A stretch of DNA of 64,000 nt from a virus (lineage: Duplodnaviria; Heunggongvirae; Uroviricota; Caudoviricetes): the IMG/VR virus record IMGVR_UViG_3300023697_000634; one strand, 5' to 3'. This document shows positions 45,208 to 53,856 of this stretch, one piece after another. The position numbers and the translations under genes are program-made. The notes below the pieces were generated by a model, which saw only the letters and a list, made by a program, of their open reading frames with translations, was not told where the DNA came from and ran no database searches. Every line of letters begins with the position of its first letter. The stretch's first letter is position 1.

Positions 45208-46128
45208 ATGAAAAAGTATGTAATTGCAACATTGCTCGCTTTGAGCACACTTGGTGCATATGCCGCACCAGCCAACGACGCTCCTGCCGCTGATTGCGAA
45301 GGTGTTAAGTTCGCGACCGGTCCTAAGGGCAAAGGCTACTCCACTCTGTATGCAGACTTGAATAAGCTGCTTGGTGGCAAGGTCGCGATGTGTGAATTGA
45401 ACACAACTGGTGGTCTGGACAACTTGAACGCATTGTCGACCAAAGATGCTGACATCGGCATCGTTCAAATCGATACATGGAACGACATGAAGAATGGCGA
45501 CGAGAACATCGCCAACCTGCAAGCAGTGATGCCATTGAATAGCAACTACTTGCACATCGTTACATCAGTTAATGGTATCCAAGGCGAAAAGAAATTCGGC
45601 TTGATCAAAGGCGATGTCAAGATGATCAACCGCTTCAGCGATCTTCGCGGTCAACGAGTAGCAGTTGTTGGTTCTGCCCAATTGCTTGGCCGTAAGCTCG
45701 AGAAATCTGTTGGCTATGGCATGCAATTCATCGACTCTAAGTCTGATGCAGAAGCATTCGACATGGTCCGCAAAGGTCAAGTTGCGGCAGCAATGACAGT
45801 TAGCGGCTGGCCTTCTGGCACTGTTAAGCAATTGAGCCAAGCTGATGGTCTGACTCTGGTGCCATTTGATGCTCCTATCGGTGAGCCATACAAAGTGAAA
45901 GCGTTGAACTACAAGAACATCGCTGTGTATAACAACAACTCACTAGCAATCCCCAACGTGTTGGTTTCTCGTTCATTCTCTGGTCAACGTGCAGCAAATG
46001 TTGCAGCAATCCAAGCTGGCATCGTACGTAACCTGACTGAGCTGAAAGAAGGCAACTACCAACCAGCTTGGAACGAAGTCAACCCGAATGCAGCCATCAA
46101 CGGTATGGCTAAGTTCAAAGCAAAGTAA
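45208..46128 (+). CDS. periplasmic solute-binding protein, TAXI (TRAP-associated) family-like
   Basis: Signal peptide. FATGPKGKGYSTLYADLNKLL ... NTTGGLDNLNALSTKDADIGIVQIDTW matches the TAXI pattern TG ... G-Y ... GGS-x-N ... ad-h-hvQ-D. Confidence 0.5.
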   Translation: MKKYVIATLLALSTLGAYAAPANDAPAADCEGVKFATGPKGKGYSTLYADLNKLLGGKVAMCELNTTGGLDNLNALSTKDADIGIVQIDTWNDMKNGDENIANLQAVMPLNSNYLHIVTSVNGIQGEKKFGLIKGDVKMINRFSDLRGQRVAVVGSAQLLGRKLEKSVGYGMQFIDSKSDAEAFDMVRKGQVAAAMTVSGWPSGTVKQLSQADGLTLVPFDAPIGEPYKVKALNYKNIAVYNNNSLAIPNVLVSRSFSGQRAANVAAIQAGIVRNLTELKEGNYQPAWNEVNPNAAINGMAKFKAK

Positions 46129-46302
46129 GATAACCCCCGCAGTGTGCGTAAGGGCAACGTCAATAAGTCCCTTCCGATAATATGCAAGAAATCTTAATCT
46201 CAATTGGTCTGATCACGTTTGCAATCGTATTCGTGATTTCCGCATATAAGTCAGTCGCTAAGCTGACTGAACAACACAACCAAAGCACAAGAGCAGAATA
46301 AC

Positions 46303-47259
46303 ATGGAACAAAAAGTGAAACGTGGCTTCAAGCGCAAGACGATCGAACAAACAATCCGCAACAAAATGAAGGGTTGGTTCGCATCGATTGACGATATCGA
46401 GTTGCGCGATGAATTGAAGAAGCACTACATCGTCACTGGTGGCGCAATCACTTCGATGTTGCTTGGTGATTTGCCTAACGACTACGATGTGTATATCGAT
46501 AATGTCGACACAGCAGCAAAGCTCGCAAACTACTACGTCAGCCGTTTGCCGTCGTCTGACAACGAATGCACGAAGACTCCAATCGTTTCTGTTCCACCAG
46601 AAGGTGGTCGTGTCGAGATTAAGGTCCAATCTGCTGGCATTGCTGGTGAAGAAATCGACCAAGATGGATATGAGTACTTCGAGATGTATCCAGACGCGAC
46701 TAGTCGCACCATGGCATACTTGGAAGGCGCTGCAGCGAAGAGTACAGGCAAATACACTGCACTTGCAATCACGACAAACGCAATCACGTTGTCTGACCAA
46801 GTTCAAGTGATCTTGCGGTTCGTTGGTCCTGCAAATGAGATCCACAAGAACTATGACTTTGTCCACACGACAAACTACTTCACTGAAGGAGAAGGTGTTG
46901 TGTTCCAACAGGACGCATTGGAATCTATCCTTGCTCGTGAATTGAAGTATGTTGGTAGCCGCTATCCAATCTGCTCGTTGTTCCGTATCAAGAAGTTCAT
47001 CAAGCGTGGTTGGACAATCACTGCTGGTGAAATGTTGAAGATCGCATATGATATTGCAAAGCTCGACCTCAACAATCCAGTCGTTCTCCAAGATCAATTG
47101 ACTGGCGTTGATGCTGCATACTTCAACCAGATCCTTCGATTGATCAAAGAAGAGAACAAACCGATCGAACGTACATACTTGTTCGAATTGATTAACCGTG
47201 TATTCGATGAAGATGACGACATCGATGCAGCTGCAGAAGGAACGACAGATGTTCAATAA
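46303..47259 (+). CDS. nucleotidyltransferase of the PolyA_pol / CCA-adding head-domain family
   Basis: YIVTGGAITSMLLGDLPNDYDVYI matches yLVGGaVRDlLLG ... DiDi of tRNA nucleotidyltransferases. Confidence 0.5.
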   Translation: MEQKVKRGFKRKTIEQTIRNKMKGWFASIDDIELRDELKKHYIVTGGAITSMLLGDLPNDYDVYIDNVDTAAKLANYYVSRLPSSDNECTKTPIVSVPPEGGRVEIKVQSAGIAGEEIDQDGYEYFEMYPDATSRTMAYLEGAAAKSTGKYTALAITTNAITLSDQVQVILRFVGPANEIHKNYDFVHTTNYFTEGEGVVFQQDALESILARELKYVGSRYPICSLFRIKKFIKRGWTITAGEMLKIAYDIAKLDLNNPVVLQDQLTGVDAAYFNQILRLIKEENKPIERTYLFELINRVFDEDDDIDAAAEGTTDVQ

Positions 47260-47722
47260 GAATCTAGCCCCGATCGTCGACTTGATGATCAATTCATTAG
47301 GCGAGCATAGTGATCAGTTCCGTGCTCAATTTGGTCGCGATCAATACTCGTCGTTCATCCGTGAATATCGGACGATCGATCTCCGCGTGCCTCGTCAAAC
47401 GGGCAAGTCGACAATCCTAATCAACAAGATGGTGGAGCAGTCATCTATTATGTTCGTTCATAACGCTGCGGCTCGTGAACGTCTGCGTCCGTTCGAACAT
47501 ATTTGGGGAAGCAATGTCCATGCTCGTCCAGAGTTGGATTACCTCGATCGCATCCGAGCGAAGTATTATTCTAGACTTGAACTGCAGTTTGAATGTTTGA
47601 TGGTAGATGAACCTGCCTTCTACACTAAAGCGCAGGAAAGCAACTTGAACGAATTCATCGACTTCTTACACGGCCGTCAATTGGTCACAGATAACTTTTA
47701 CGTATTGAAGCTCGGCACATGA
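47249..47722 (+). CDS. P-loop NTPase-like hypothetical protein
   Basis: VPRQTGKSTILI Walker A-like. Confidence 0.35.
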   Translation: MFNKNLAPIVDLMINSLGEHSDQFRAQFGRDQYSSFIREYRTIDLRVPRQTGKSTILINKMVEQSSIMFVHNAAARERLRPFEHIWGSNVHARPELDYLDRIRAKYYSRLELQFECLMVDEPAFYTKAQESNLNEFIDFLHGRQLVTDNFYVLKLGT

Positions 47723-48000
47723 ACATTTCCTTAGACTACGACAACACATATACACGTGATCCTGTGATGTGGGATGCGATCGTCGATATGATGAAGCGAT
47801 ATGGTCATACTGTGTATGTTGTCACGATGCGCTATCCGAGCGAAGGTGCAGAGGTAGAGAAGTATCTTGCCGATAAGGTCGAGCGAATCATCTACACATC
47901 ACGCAAAGGTAAAATGGACTATGTCCAGCAACAGTTGCTGTCTATCGACATTTGGATTGATGATATGCCTTGGTTCATTGTTAATGACGCGAAGTGTTAA
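47719..48000 (+). CDS. hypothetical protein
   Basis: ORF of 93 aa. Confidence 0.3.
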   Translation: MNISLDYDNTYTRDPVMWDAIVDMMKRYGHTVYVVTMRYPSEGAEVEKYLADKVERIIYTSRKGKMDYVQQQLLSIDIWIDDMPWFIVNDAKC

Positions 48001-48287
48001 TGAAGTATTATTACTACTGTAATTGCTGGGACTTCAATGCTGAGGATATCAACATCGATGACTGCTACGACATCGAGCATGATAAGTGCGAAGATGAGTG
48101 GGAGTATGAGTGGCTGGTAGAGAAGTGTGCTGAAGACTATCATAGTAACCATGATGGGTGGGAACATCGGTCATGGCCCAATGGTACTCTTCCATTCTTC
48201 TTATTTGATAGCGAAATGAACTTGATTGGTGTGTATAATGTTGCGCTCGAATTCGAGCCATCATTTGCAGCATGGAAACAAAAATGA
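47994..48287 (+). CDS. acidic Cys/Trp-rich hypothetical protein
   Basis: ORF of 97 aa. Confidence 0.3.
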   Translation: MLMKYYYYCNCWDFNAEDINIDDCYDIEHDKCEDEWEYEWLVEKCAEDYHSNHDGWEHRSWPNGTLPFFLFDSEMNLIGVYNVALEFEPSFAAWKQK

Positions 48288-48505
48288 AAACACGATTGTT
48301 AGAAAAGTGGAATGCAATCCCAGCTCATCTGAAGCTGTGGACAGTATTACTAGCTCAGATCTGGTTCTGGCCACAGTGCTACGACCAACACATGCCCGGA
48401 GGTATTGGTATTTCATTATTCATTACTAACTGCATATTCGTAATTGCCAATGTGATCAAATTGGTAAATTCATACGATGAGCCTGTGAAAGACAATCGTT
48501 GGTAA
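48284..48505 (+). CDS. small membrane protein
   Basis: Hydrophobic helices. ATGA overlap. Confidence 0.3.
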   Translation: MKTRLLEKWNAIPAHLKLWTVLLAQIWFWPQCYDQHMPGGIGISLFITNCIFVIANVIKLVNSYDEPVKDNRW

Positions 48506-48506
48506 T

Positions 48507-48866
48507 ATGAAAGCATTCTTACATGGAAAGATTCATGCCAAGAAGTACGGTGGGCATCCAGACGATTACGCAGACATCGATGACTTCATCGACTCGACCA
48601 AACAAGCAGTTGCTGATGTTAGACATCGAGCAATCCTACACTCAGCTTTTGGGTGCTTTCTTGTTGAACGAATGTTTGGACGAACTCGTATTAACTCAGA
48701 GGGTAAGGAATACTCCCCCCGAGATGTGGCTGAGGACCACATTCAGCAAGACCTAGGTTTCATTCCATCGATGGAGCAGTACTTAAATTGTATGAGTATT
48801 GAGCCATGGATGTCGGGAACGATGAAAAAGAACAACACACGCAAACACATTTCACTTGAGGACTAA
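48507..48866 (+). CDS. hypothetical protein
   Basis: ORF of 119 aa. Confidence 0.35.
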   Translation: MKAFLHGKIHAKKYGGHPDDYADIDDFIDSTKQAVADVRHRAILHSAFGCFLVERMFGRTRINSEGKEYSPRDVAEDHIQQDLGFIPSMEQYLNCMSIEPWMSGTMKKNNTRKHISLED

Positions 48867-48868
48867 AC

Positions 48869-49285
48869 ATGAACACAATCATTCCAGCTGGCTATCGCAT
48901 CGAATGTACTACATGGGAAAATGACGCCGACGTCTATCGAACGAATTACGCAGAGGGGTTGACGAAAGAAGAAGCCAAGCTCACCGTCGACTTACTGTTG
49001 TTGCTAGACGATGAGCACGGCAATATGTACGAGCCATCTGAAACTGAGCTTGACAACTTTGCAGACGCTATCAAGAAAGTGCTCGCCAAGCATGCTGACC
49101 ATGCTGACCTTGGGGATCTGGACCTGGACAACAATGATGAGGTCACTGACTTCTTCCATGAGTATACGTACGATCTTACTGGTAGCAGCGAGCACTACTA
49201 TACGCGCGTGTTGGACTCTTTCAAAGTCAACTACATTCCACAACAAATCGAGATGCTCGATGTAACAGGAGAATTTGGTGTCTAA
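48869..49285 (+). CDS. acidic hypothetical protein
   Basis: ORF of 138 aa. Confidence 0.35.
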   Translation: MNTIIPAGYRIECTTWENDADVYRTNYAEGLTKEEAKLTVDLLLLLDDEHGNMYEPSETELDNFADAIKKVLAKHADHADLGDLDLDNNDEVTDFFHEYTYDLTGSSEHYYTRVLDSFKVNYIPQQIEMLDVTGEFGV

Positions 49286-49517
49286 GATTACAAACGAACA
49301 ACTGAAGAAGCTCGATGATGCATACATTAACATCATGATGAGTGCTGAACTTGGCTGGGAAGTTACCATTGGAGGTAATGGCTACAATTCACACGAAGCT
49401 GCTGGGGTGATCAGTGGCGTATATGACCTTCTTGGATTAACAGAGCCGGAATATTCCGAAGAACAATTGAAACAATTCGTCATTGATTGTGGCGAAGATC
49501 CAGATGATTATCTTTAA
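49278..49517 (+). CDS. hypothetical protein (GTG start candidate)
   Basis: AGGAG lies 6 nt upstream of a GTG. Confidence 0.25.
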   Translation: MSKITNEQLKKLDDAYINIMMSAELGWEVTIGGNGYNSHEAAGVISGVYDLLGLTEPEYSEEQLKQFVIDCGEDPDDYL

Positions 49518-49532
49518 ACTGAAAGGCAAACT

Positions 49533-50039
49533 ATGAGCGACCTCCAAACAGCATTCGACAAATTGATCGAAGAACAAAACGAATTGACCAAGCGTTTCCA
49601 AGAAACAGCACAAAGTCTGTTCAAGGAAACAACGAAAGAATTCTTTGCGAAGAACCCAGGCGTCACTGCAGTCATATGGACACAATATACGCCATACTTC
49701 AATGATGGCGAGGCCTGTGAATTCAACGTGAACGAACCATACTACACGAACGCTACTGCTGAGCAATTCGAAGATATCAGCAACTGGGGTGAATATGAGG
49801 GCGACGATGAAACAGTGTGGTCTGAAACAGATTGGATCTTGTGTAGTGAATCTGACTACAGCAAAGAGCGTCGTGGCAACATGAAATTGGAAGGCATTGA
49901 CCCAGCGACAATCCAGCACTTCTCAAAGATGATCCAATCGTCTGAAATGGAAGACGTGATGGAAGCTATGTTTGGCGATCACGTGCGAATCGTTGCTACA
50001 CGCGAAGGCTTCGAAGTCGACGACTACAGCCACGATTGA
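49533..50039 (+). CDS. acidic hypothetical protein
   Basis: ORF of 168 aa. Confidence 0.35.
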   Translation: MSDLQTAFDKLIEEQNELTKRFQETAQSLFKETTKEFFAKNPGVTAVIWTQYTPYFNDGEACEFNVNEPYYTNATAEQFEDISNWGEYEGDDETVWSETDWILCSESDYSKERRGNMKLEGIDPATIQHFSKMIQSSEMEDVMEAMFGDHVRIVATREGFEVDDYSHD

Positions 50040-50070
50040 TATTTTGGCTGGACAGTAGTATACTCGGCGT

Positions 50071-50343
50071 ATGAAAACATTTCACCGCGAAACAATTGAA
50101 CAAGGCACGATGCTGACACCAGCACGTATTGGCTTCCATAAGATCATGGACCGATACGTTGAGGATTGTCCAGTTGGATATGTCCTTGCCATTCGTCTTC
50201 CTATCAACCGATGGAAGACTTGGTATTGTGCTGAAACGCACCAAGAGAAGCAGGGAATGGCTGAGTATACTGCATACTTCATTTACTACAAATGGCCTCG
50301 GAAACTTGTACGTAAGGTATACTGGGAGCCAGTGAGTGTGTGA
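50071..50343 (+). CDS. hypothetical protein
   Basis: ORF of 90 aa. TAGTATACT -10-like sequence upstream. Confidence 0.3.
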   Translation: MKTFHRETIEQGTMLTPARIGFHKIMDRYVEDCPVGYVLAIRLPINRWKTWYCAETHQEKQGMAEYTAYFIYYKWPRKLVRKVYWEPVSV

Positions 50344-50483
50344 ACCATTTGTTGATGATATGGGTAGTTTGATCTATCCGTACACTCTAGGTGTAGGGAC
50401 ATTTCGTTCGCGATTGTTCTTCCACCGATCACTAGAAGGTGCTTGCTCGATGGCAACTGCTTATATGTTGGAATTTGGAAATG

Positions 50484-51005
50484 ACTAAAAGAATTTTCGT
50501 TGATATGGATGGAGTGTTGACGAACTTCACCCTCCGCTATACAGAACGATTTGGTATCACGCCGGCCGAAGTGCGCAAGTCCGCTGACCGCAAGCTATAC
50601 TCCAAGTATTGGAATCAGTTTGTCGATGGACAAGAATTTGCAACACTTGACAGCTTTCCGGGCGTCAACGATATGCTCAACTTTATCCGCGAGCAGCGCG
50701 ATAAGCACAAAGCACAAGTAATGATTCTCACATCGAGTGGTGGGTATGAGCGCCACACTGATGTGCAAGAGCAAAAGCTGGCTTGGCTGAAAAAGCATGG
50801 AATTGAATTTCCAGCCATTGTTGTGCCTGGCCGTGGATTTAAGTCAGGCTTTGCAAGTCCGACGTCATTCATTATTGATGATACCGCTGATGTTATTATG
50901 AACTTCCTTGCAAAGGGCGGCCATGGCGTGTTGCATACCACGACCGAGAAATGGAACACATGCTACACGCTCGAGCGTTGGATTGAAAGCACACATGGAC
51001 AATGA
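50484..51005 (+). CDS. HAD-superfamily 5'(3')-deoxyribonucleotidase-like hydrolase
   Basis: RIFVDMDGVLTNF (HAD motif I DxDGV). Confidence 0.6.
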   Translation, partial: TKRIFVDMDGVLTNFTLRYTERFGITPAEVRKSADRKLYSKYWNQFVDGQEFATLDSFPGVNDMLNFIREQRDKHKAQVMILTSSGGYERHTDVQEQKLAWLKKHGIEFPAIVVPGRGFKSGFASPTSFIIDDTADVIMNFLAKGGHGVLHTTTEKWNTCYTLERWIESTHGQ

Positions 51006-51429
51006 TAATTTCGATGAGAATGGCCACTTCGCAGTCAACCTCGAAGAGATTGCTTCGGGCAAACACCTACTCGCGATTACAAGGCTAACAGCTATGGAAA
51101 TCAAAACAGATGGCTATCTCACCGTTGGTCGTTTCTTACAACAGCTATCGGACCACGATCTGCAAGAGATTATGAACATTTGCGAAAAGGCAGATGATGA
51201 AAGCAATGATAAGATTGGTGACATCTTATTGATCGCTGAAATGCTTGCTAGCGCCGAAGGACTCGAACCTGGTGACGTTACTAGCATCACTAGACGAATG
51301 AACGCATTTATTATGCTGTTGACGATTGAGTCGTTGCATCGCAGAGGTCTTGTGAAGGCATACCACAATAATATGTCACTCGGCGATGATGCTGGTGATA
51401 AGATTATCGTTGAAAGAATTGACAAATGA
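50995..51429 (+). CDS. hypothetical protein
   Basis: ATGA overlap with the HAD gene. Confidence 0.35.
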   Translation: MDNDNFDENGHFAVNLEEIASGKHLLAITRLTAMEIKTDGYLTVGRFLQQLSDHDLQEIMNICEKADDESNDKIGDILLIAEMLASAEGLEPGDVTSITRRMNAFIMLLTIESLHRRGLVKAYHNNMSLGDDAGDKIIVERIDK

Positions 51430-51653
51430 GCATTCTTGAATTCCTCAATAGAGCAGTCGCGTTCTTAGGATCGATACTGCCCTACATGCTCGGCACGTTC
51501 TTACTGATGGTCGTGTGGGGATATGTATCGCAAGACGACTATGACGATGACTATGTTACATTTACTGTGTCGTGTAAGGCAGTAATGAACGACATGGACC
51601 ACTACCCAATTTACATTTTAAACTATTGCATGGATCAAAGGAGCGAGCGATGA
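51426..51653 (+). CDS. small membrane protein
   Basis: Hydrophobic helix LGSILPYMLGTFLLMVVWGY. Confidence 0.3.
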   Translation: MSILEFLNRAVAFLGSILPYMLGTFLLMVVWGYVSQDDYDDDYVTFTVSCKAVMNDMDHYPIYILNYCMDQRSER

Positions 51654-51928
51654 GTAACGCATGGAACTATATGGTAGATCATTTGTCAGGTGATCTCGAT
51701 TTCCTCAAGGAAAAAGATGAGAAGTATGTTGCGGACGCAATGTCGATTCTTGTAGAGAATGTGTTACTCCATCCTGAGTCGATTATTACATACCATCCAA
51801 CACAATGGGGTAAGACAGCATTGACGTATGATCAATTTGCAGCTCAGTTCTACCCGAACTTGTCTGGTGAAGAGTTAGACGGCGTTTGTAAGCCACAATA
51901 TCAAATGTACTTGGAAGGATTGCAATGA
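51650..51928 (+). CDS. hypothetical protein
   Basis: ORF starting at MSNAW. Confidence 0.3.
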   Translation: MSNAWNYMVDHLSGDLDFLKEKDEKYVADAMSILVENVLLHPESIITYHPTQWGKTALTYDQFAAQFYPNLSGEELDGVCKPQYQMYLEGLQ

Positions 51929-52284
51929 GCATTCTAGCACAAGCAGCAATAAAGACAGCTAAAGAAGTTGGGATGGGATTGTTGTTATTCGCGTTCATAG
52001 CAATGTTCTTGTTGTTGGCAGCATTTGCTCCATTATATGCAGCTGTTCTTTTAATTGTGGTACTGATATCAGGAGTATTCTATGGCAACTACCAAATCGC
52101 CCGCCGCGAAAAAGAGCTTGAAGAAGCCCGCACCAAAACCAAGCTCGACTACAAAGAGCTCGTCAAGCGCATCGAAGAAAACAACAACATCTTCCAGTCC
52201 GGTAGCTCGCCCAAAGCCGGCAGTGAAGTCAAAATCACCTGCACCGGTGGTTGTTCCGGATGTGGAGATAAGTCCACCAGTTGA
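51925..52284 (+). CDS. membrane plus coiled-coil protein with CxxC tail
   Basis: Two TM helices, then a charged helix and CTGGCSGCGD. Overlaps the next ORF by 200 nt in another frame. Confidence 0.35.
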   Translation: MSILAQAAIKTAKEVGMGLLLFAFIAMFLLLAAFAPLYAAVLLIVVLISGVFYGNYQIARREKELEEARTKTKLDYKELVKRIEENNNIFQSGSSPKAGSEVKITCTGGCSGCGDKSTS

Positions 52285-52441
52285 CAAATCTGGTAAATGG
52301 ACGTATCGTTGCAACGACGAACTCGTTACTGAGGATACGTTCAACTCGATTATGAAAGACCACGAAGCGTGGTTGATCGAGCAAGCAAATGCAGCCAAAG
52401 CTGCTGACCTTCCTGAAAAGAAAACAAGGAAAAAGAAATGA
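52082..52441 (+). CDS. Lys/Pro/Ser-rich protein (possible +1 frame continuation of 51925 ORF)
   Basis: KSPAAKKSLKKPAPKPSS ... then VDKSGKWTYRCNDELVTEDTFNSIMKDHEAW. The gene structure is unresolved. Confidence 0.3.
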   Translation: MATTKSPAAKKSLKKPAPKPSSTTKSSSSASKKTTTSSSPVARPKPAVKSKSPAPVVVPDVEISPPVDKSGKWTYRCNDELVTEDTFNSIMKDHEAWLIEQANAAKAADLPEKKTRKKK

Positions 52442-52680
52442 AGAGTTTGTATACAGTGCGTGTATCATATGACTATGTTGTCGCTGCTGATGGTGTAGAT
52501 GAGGCATATGCTATCGGTCAGAGCTGCATTAAAGAGGCGTTGTATGATATGCCAATCAACGATGTTGATGTTGATGTCCTCGAAGGTGTGCACGCACACG
52601 GTTGGGATAACGAATGCATTCCATATGGTGGTGATGGCAACACTCGCACAGGTGAATATTTGAAGGAGCAAGTAAAATGA
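52438..52680 (+). CDS. hypothetical protein
   Basis: ORF of 80 aa. Confidence 0.3.
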   Translation: MKSLYTVRVSYDYVVAADGVDEAYAIGQSCIKEALYDMPINDVDVDVLEGVHAHGWDNECIPYGGDGNTRTGEYLKEQVK

Positions 52681-52982
52681 AATCTATTACTATTATTTTT
52701 GGAACGATCGCTTTTGTCGTTGCAAGCATTCTCTTCCGCGCATGGGCACTGACTGTATTGTGGGCATGGTTCCTCGTACCGCTTGGTATGGTTGCGTTGT
52801 CAATCTCGAGCGCAATCGGCATTTCGATCATCGTCGGCATGTTCACTCAGCATCTCGCAAAAGAATCGAAGGATGAGAAGGCAAAAGACACATATGAATT
52901 GATCGGCGATATTGCTGGTCGTGCAATCGGTGCACCCTTGCTGTCATTGTTCTTTGGTTGGATTGTAACTCTGTTCATGTAA
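52677..52982 (+). CDS. membrane protein (3 TM)
   Basis: Hydrophobic helices. Confidence 0.35.
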   Translation: MKSITIIFGTIAFVVASILFRAWALTVLWAWFLVPLGMVALSISSAIGISIIVGMFTQHLAKESKDEKAKDTYELIGDIAGRAIGAPLLSLFFGWIVTLFM

Positions 52983-52983
52983 T

Positions 52984-53193
52984 ATGTGTGAATGTTCTGT
53001 CTGCAAGTATAGCAAACTGGTTAGACCAATGCTATTGCAACTCGACGAAGAACAACGGCAGTTCTTCGAACAGATGTATGAATCATTGATCGAGACTCAA
53101 TACGATCTCGACTACTACAAAGCAATCGTCGATGGTTCGTGGCCGATGGCAGATGAAATTATCGCACGTAAACGTAGGAAAGAAACTGAATGA
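52984..53193 (+). CDS. small Cys-containing protein
   Basis: CECSVC N-terminus. Confidence 0.3.
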   Translation: MCECSVCKYSKLVRPMLLQLDEEQRQFFEQMYESLIETQYDLDYYKAIVDGSWPMADEIIARKRRKETE

Positions 53194-53705
53194 AAGTAAT
53201 TATTGCAGGCGGACGCGATGTGTTTGACTTTGATGCTGTAAGCGAAGCAGTAAAGAAGTCAAACTATGTGATTTCTGAGGTTGTATCAGGTGGCGCTCAG
53301 GGCGCTGACCATCTCGGTGAGATCTATGCTGCTGAAAATAATATCCCAGTTAAGGTATTTCCTGCCAACTGGGATAAGCATGGCCGCTCAGCTGGGCCGA
53401 TTCGCAATGGCGAGATGGCCGAGTATGCCGATGCACTGATCGCAATTTGGGATGGCCAGTCTCGTGGCACGAAGAATATGATTGAACAGGCGACTGAAAA
53501 GGGGTTGCAGGTCTACGTCTATCCTGTATCCAAGCCTCGGTGGTTTGTTGGTGTGACTGCAGACAATAGAACGTACATCCAAGACGAAGACTTCAAGCAT
53601 GACGCTAGATTATACGTCGATGGAGACTTCTACACTGGCAAGCAAAAGATGGCATACGTCAGAATGATATGTGAGATATTAAATGAACACAACGATAGAA
53701 AGTGA
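53190..53705 (+). CDS. DUF2493 / SLOG-superfamily (YspA/LOG-like Rossmann) protein
   Basis: VIIAGGRD ... VVSGGAQGADHLGE ... VKVFPANWDKHGRSAGPIRNGEMA ... GQSRGTKNM, the DUF2493 pattern. Confidence 0.65.
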   Translation: MKVIIAGGRDVFDFDAVSEAVKKSNYVISEVVSGGAQGADHLGEIYAAENNIPVKVFPANWDKHGRSAGPIRNGEMAEYADALIAIWDGQSRGTKNMIEQATEKGLQVYVYPVSKPRWFVGVTADNRTYIQDEDFKHDARLYVDGDFYTGKQKMAYVRMICEILNEHNDRK

Positions 53706-53856
53706 CTTGACAGTCGTCGATAAGGCGGCATTTGAAGTTGCGATTATGCAAGCGATGGTGCTTTCAGTGCAGAACCTTGCACGCCAGGTTGAGCAGTTGA
53801 CTATACGTGTCGAGCGCCTAGAAGGAAATGATGATGGAAAAGATATTTCGCAGTAA
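53683..53856 (+). CDS. hypothetical protein (57 aa)
   Basis: Short ORF with a coiled-coil-like sequence. Confidence 0.2.
   Translation: MNTTIESDLTVVDKAAFEVAIMQAMVLSVQNLARQVEQLTIRVERLEGNDDGKDISQ

Noticed and set aside
46258-47292. 344-aa minus-strand ORF
   Set aside because: It is fully antisense to the plus-strand PolyA_pol-family NTase gene (46303-47259). Its translation is Cys-rich with no domain signature, as expected for a shadow ORF. The plus-strand gene has the conserved motif.
52082-52284. GC-rich patch interpreted as a horizontally acquired fragment
   Set aside because: It is too short (200 nt) to judge by composition. Its GC richness is explained by Lys/Pro/Ala/Ser codons in one frame and Glu/Lys/Arg in the other. 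It is kept only as an overlapping-ORF observation.
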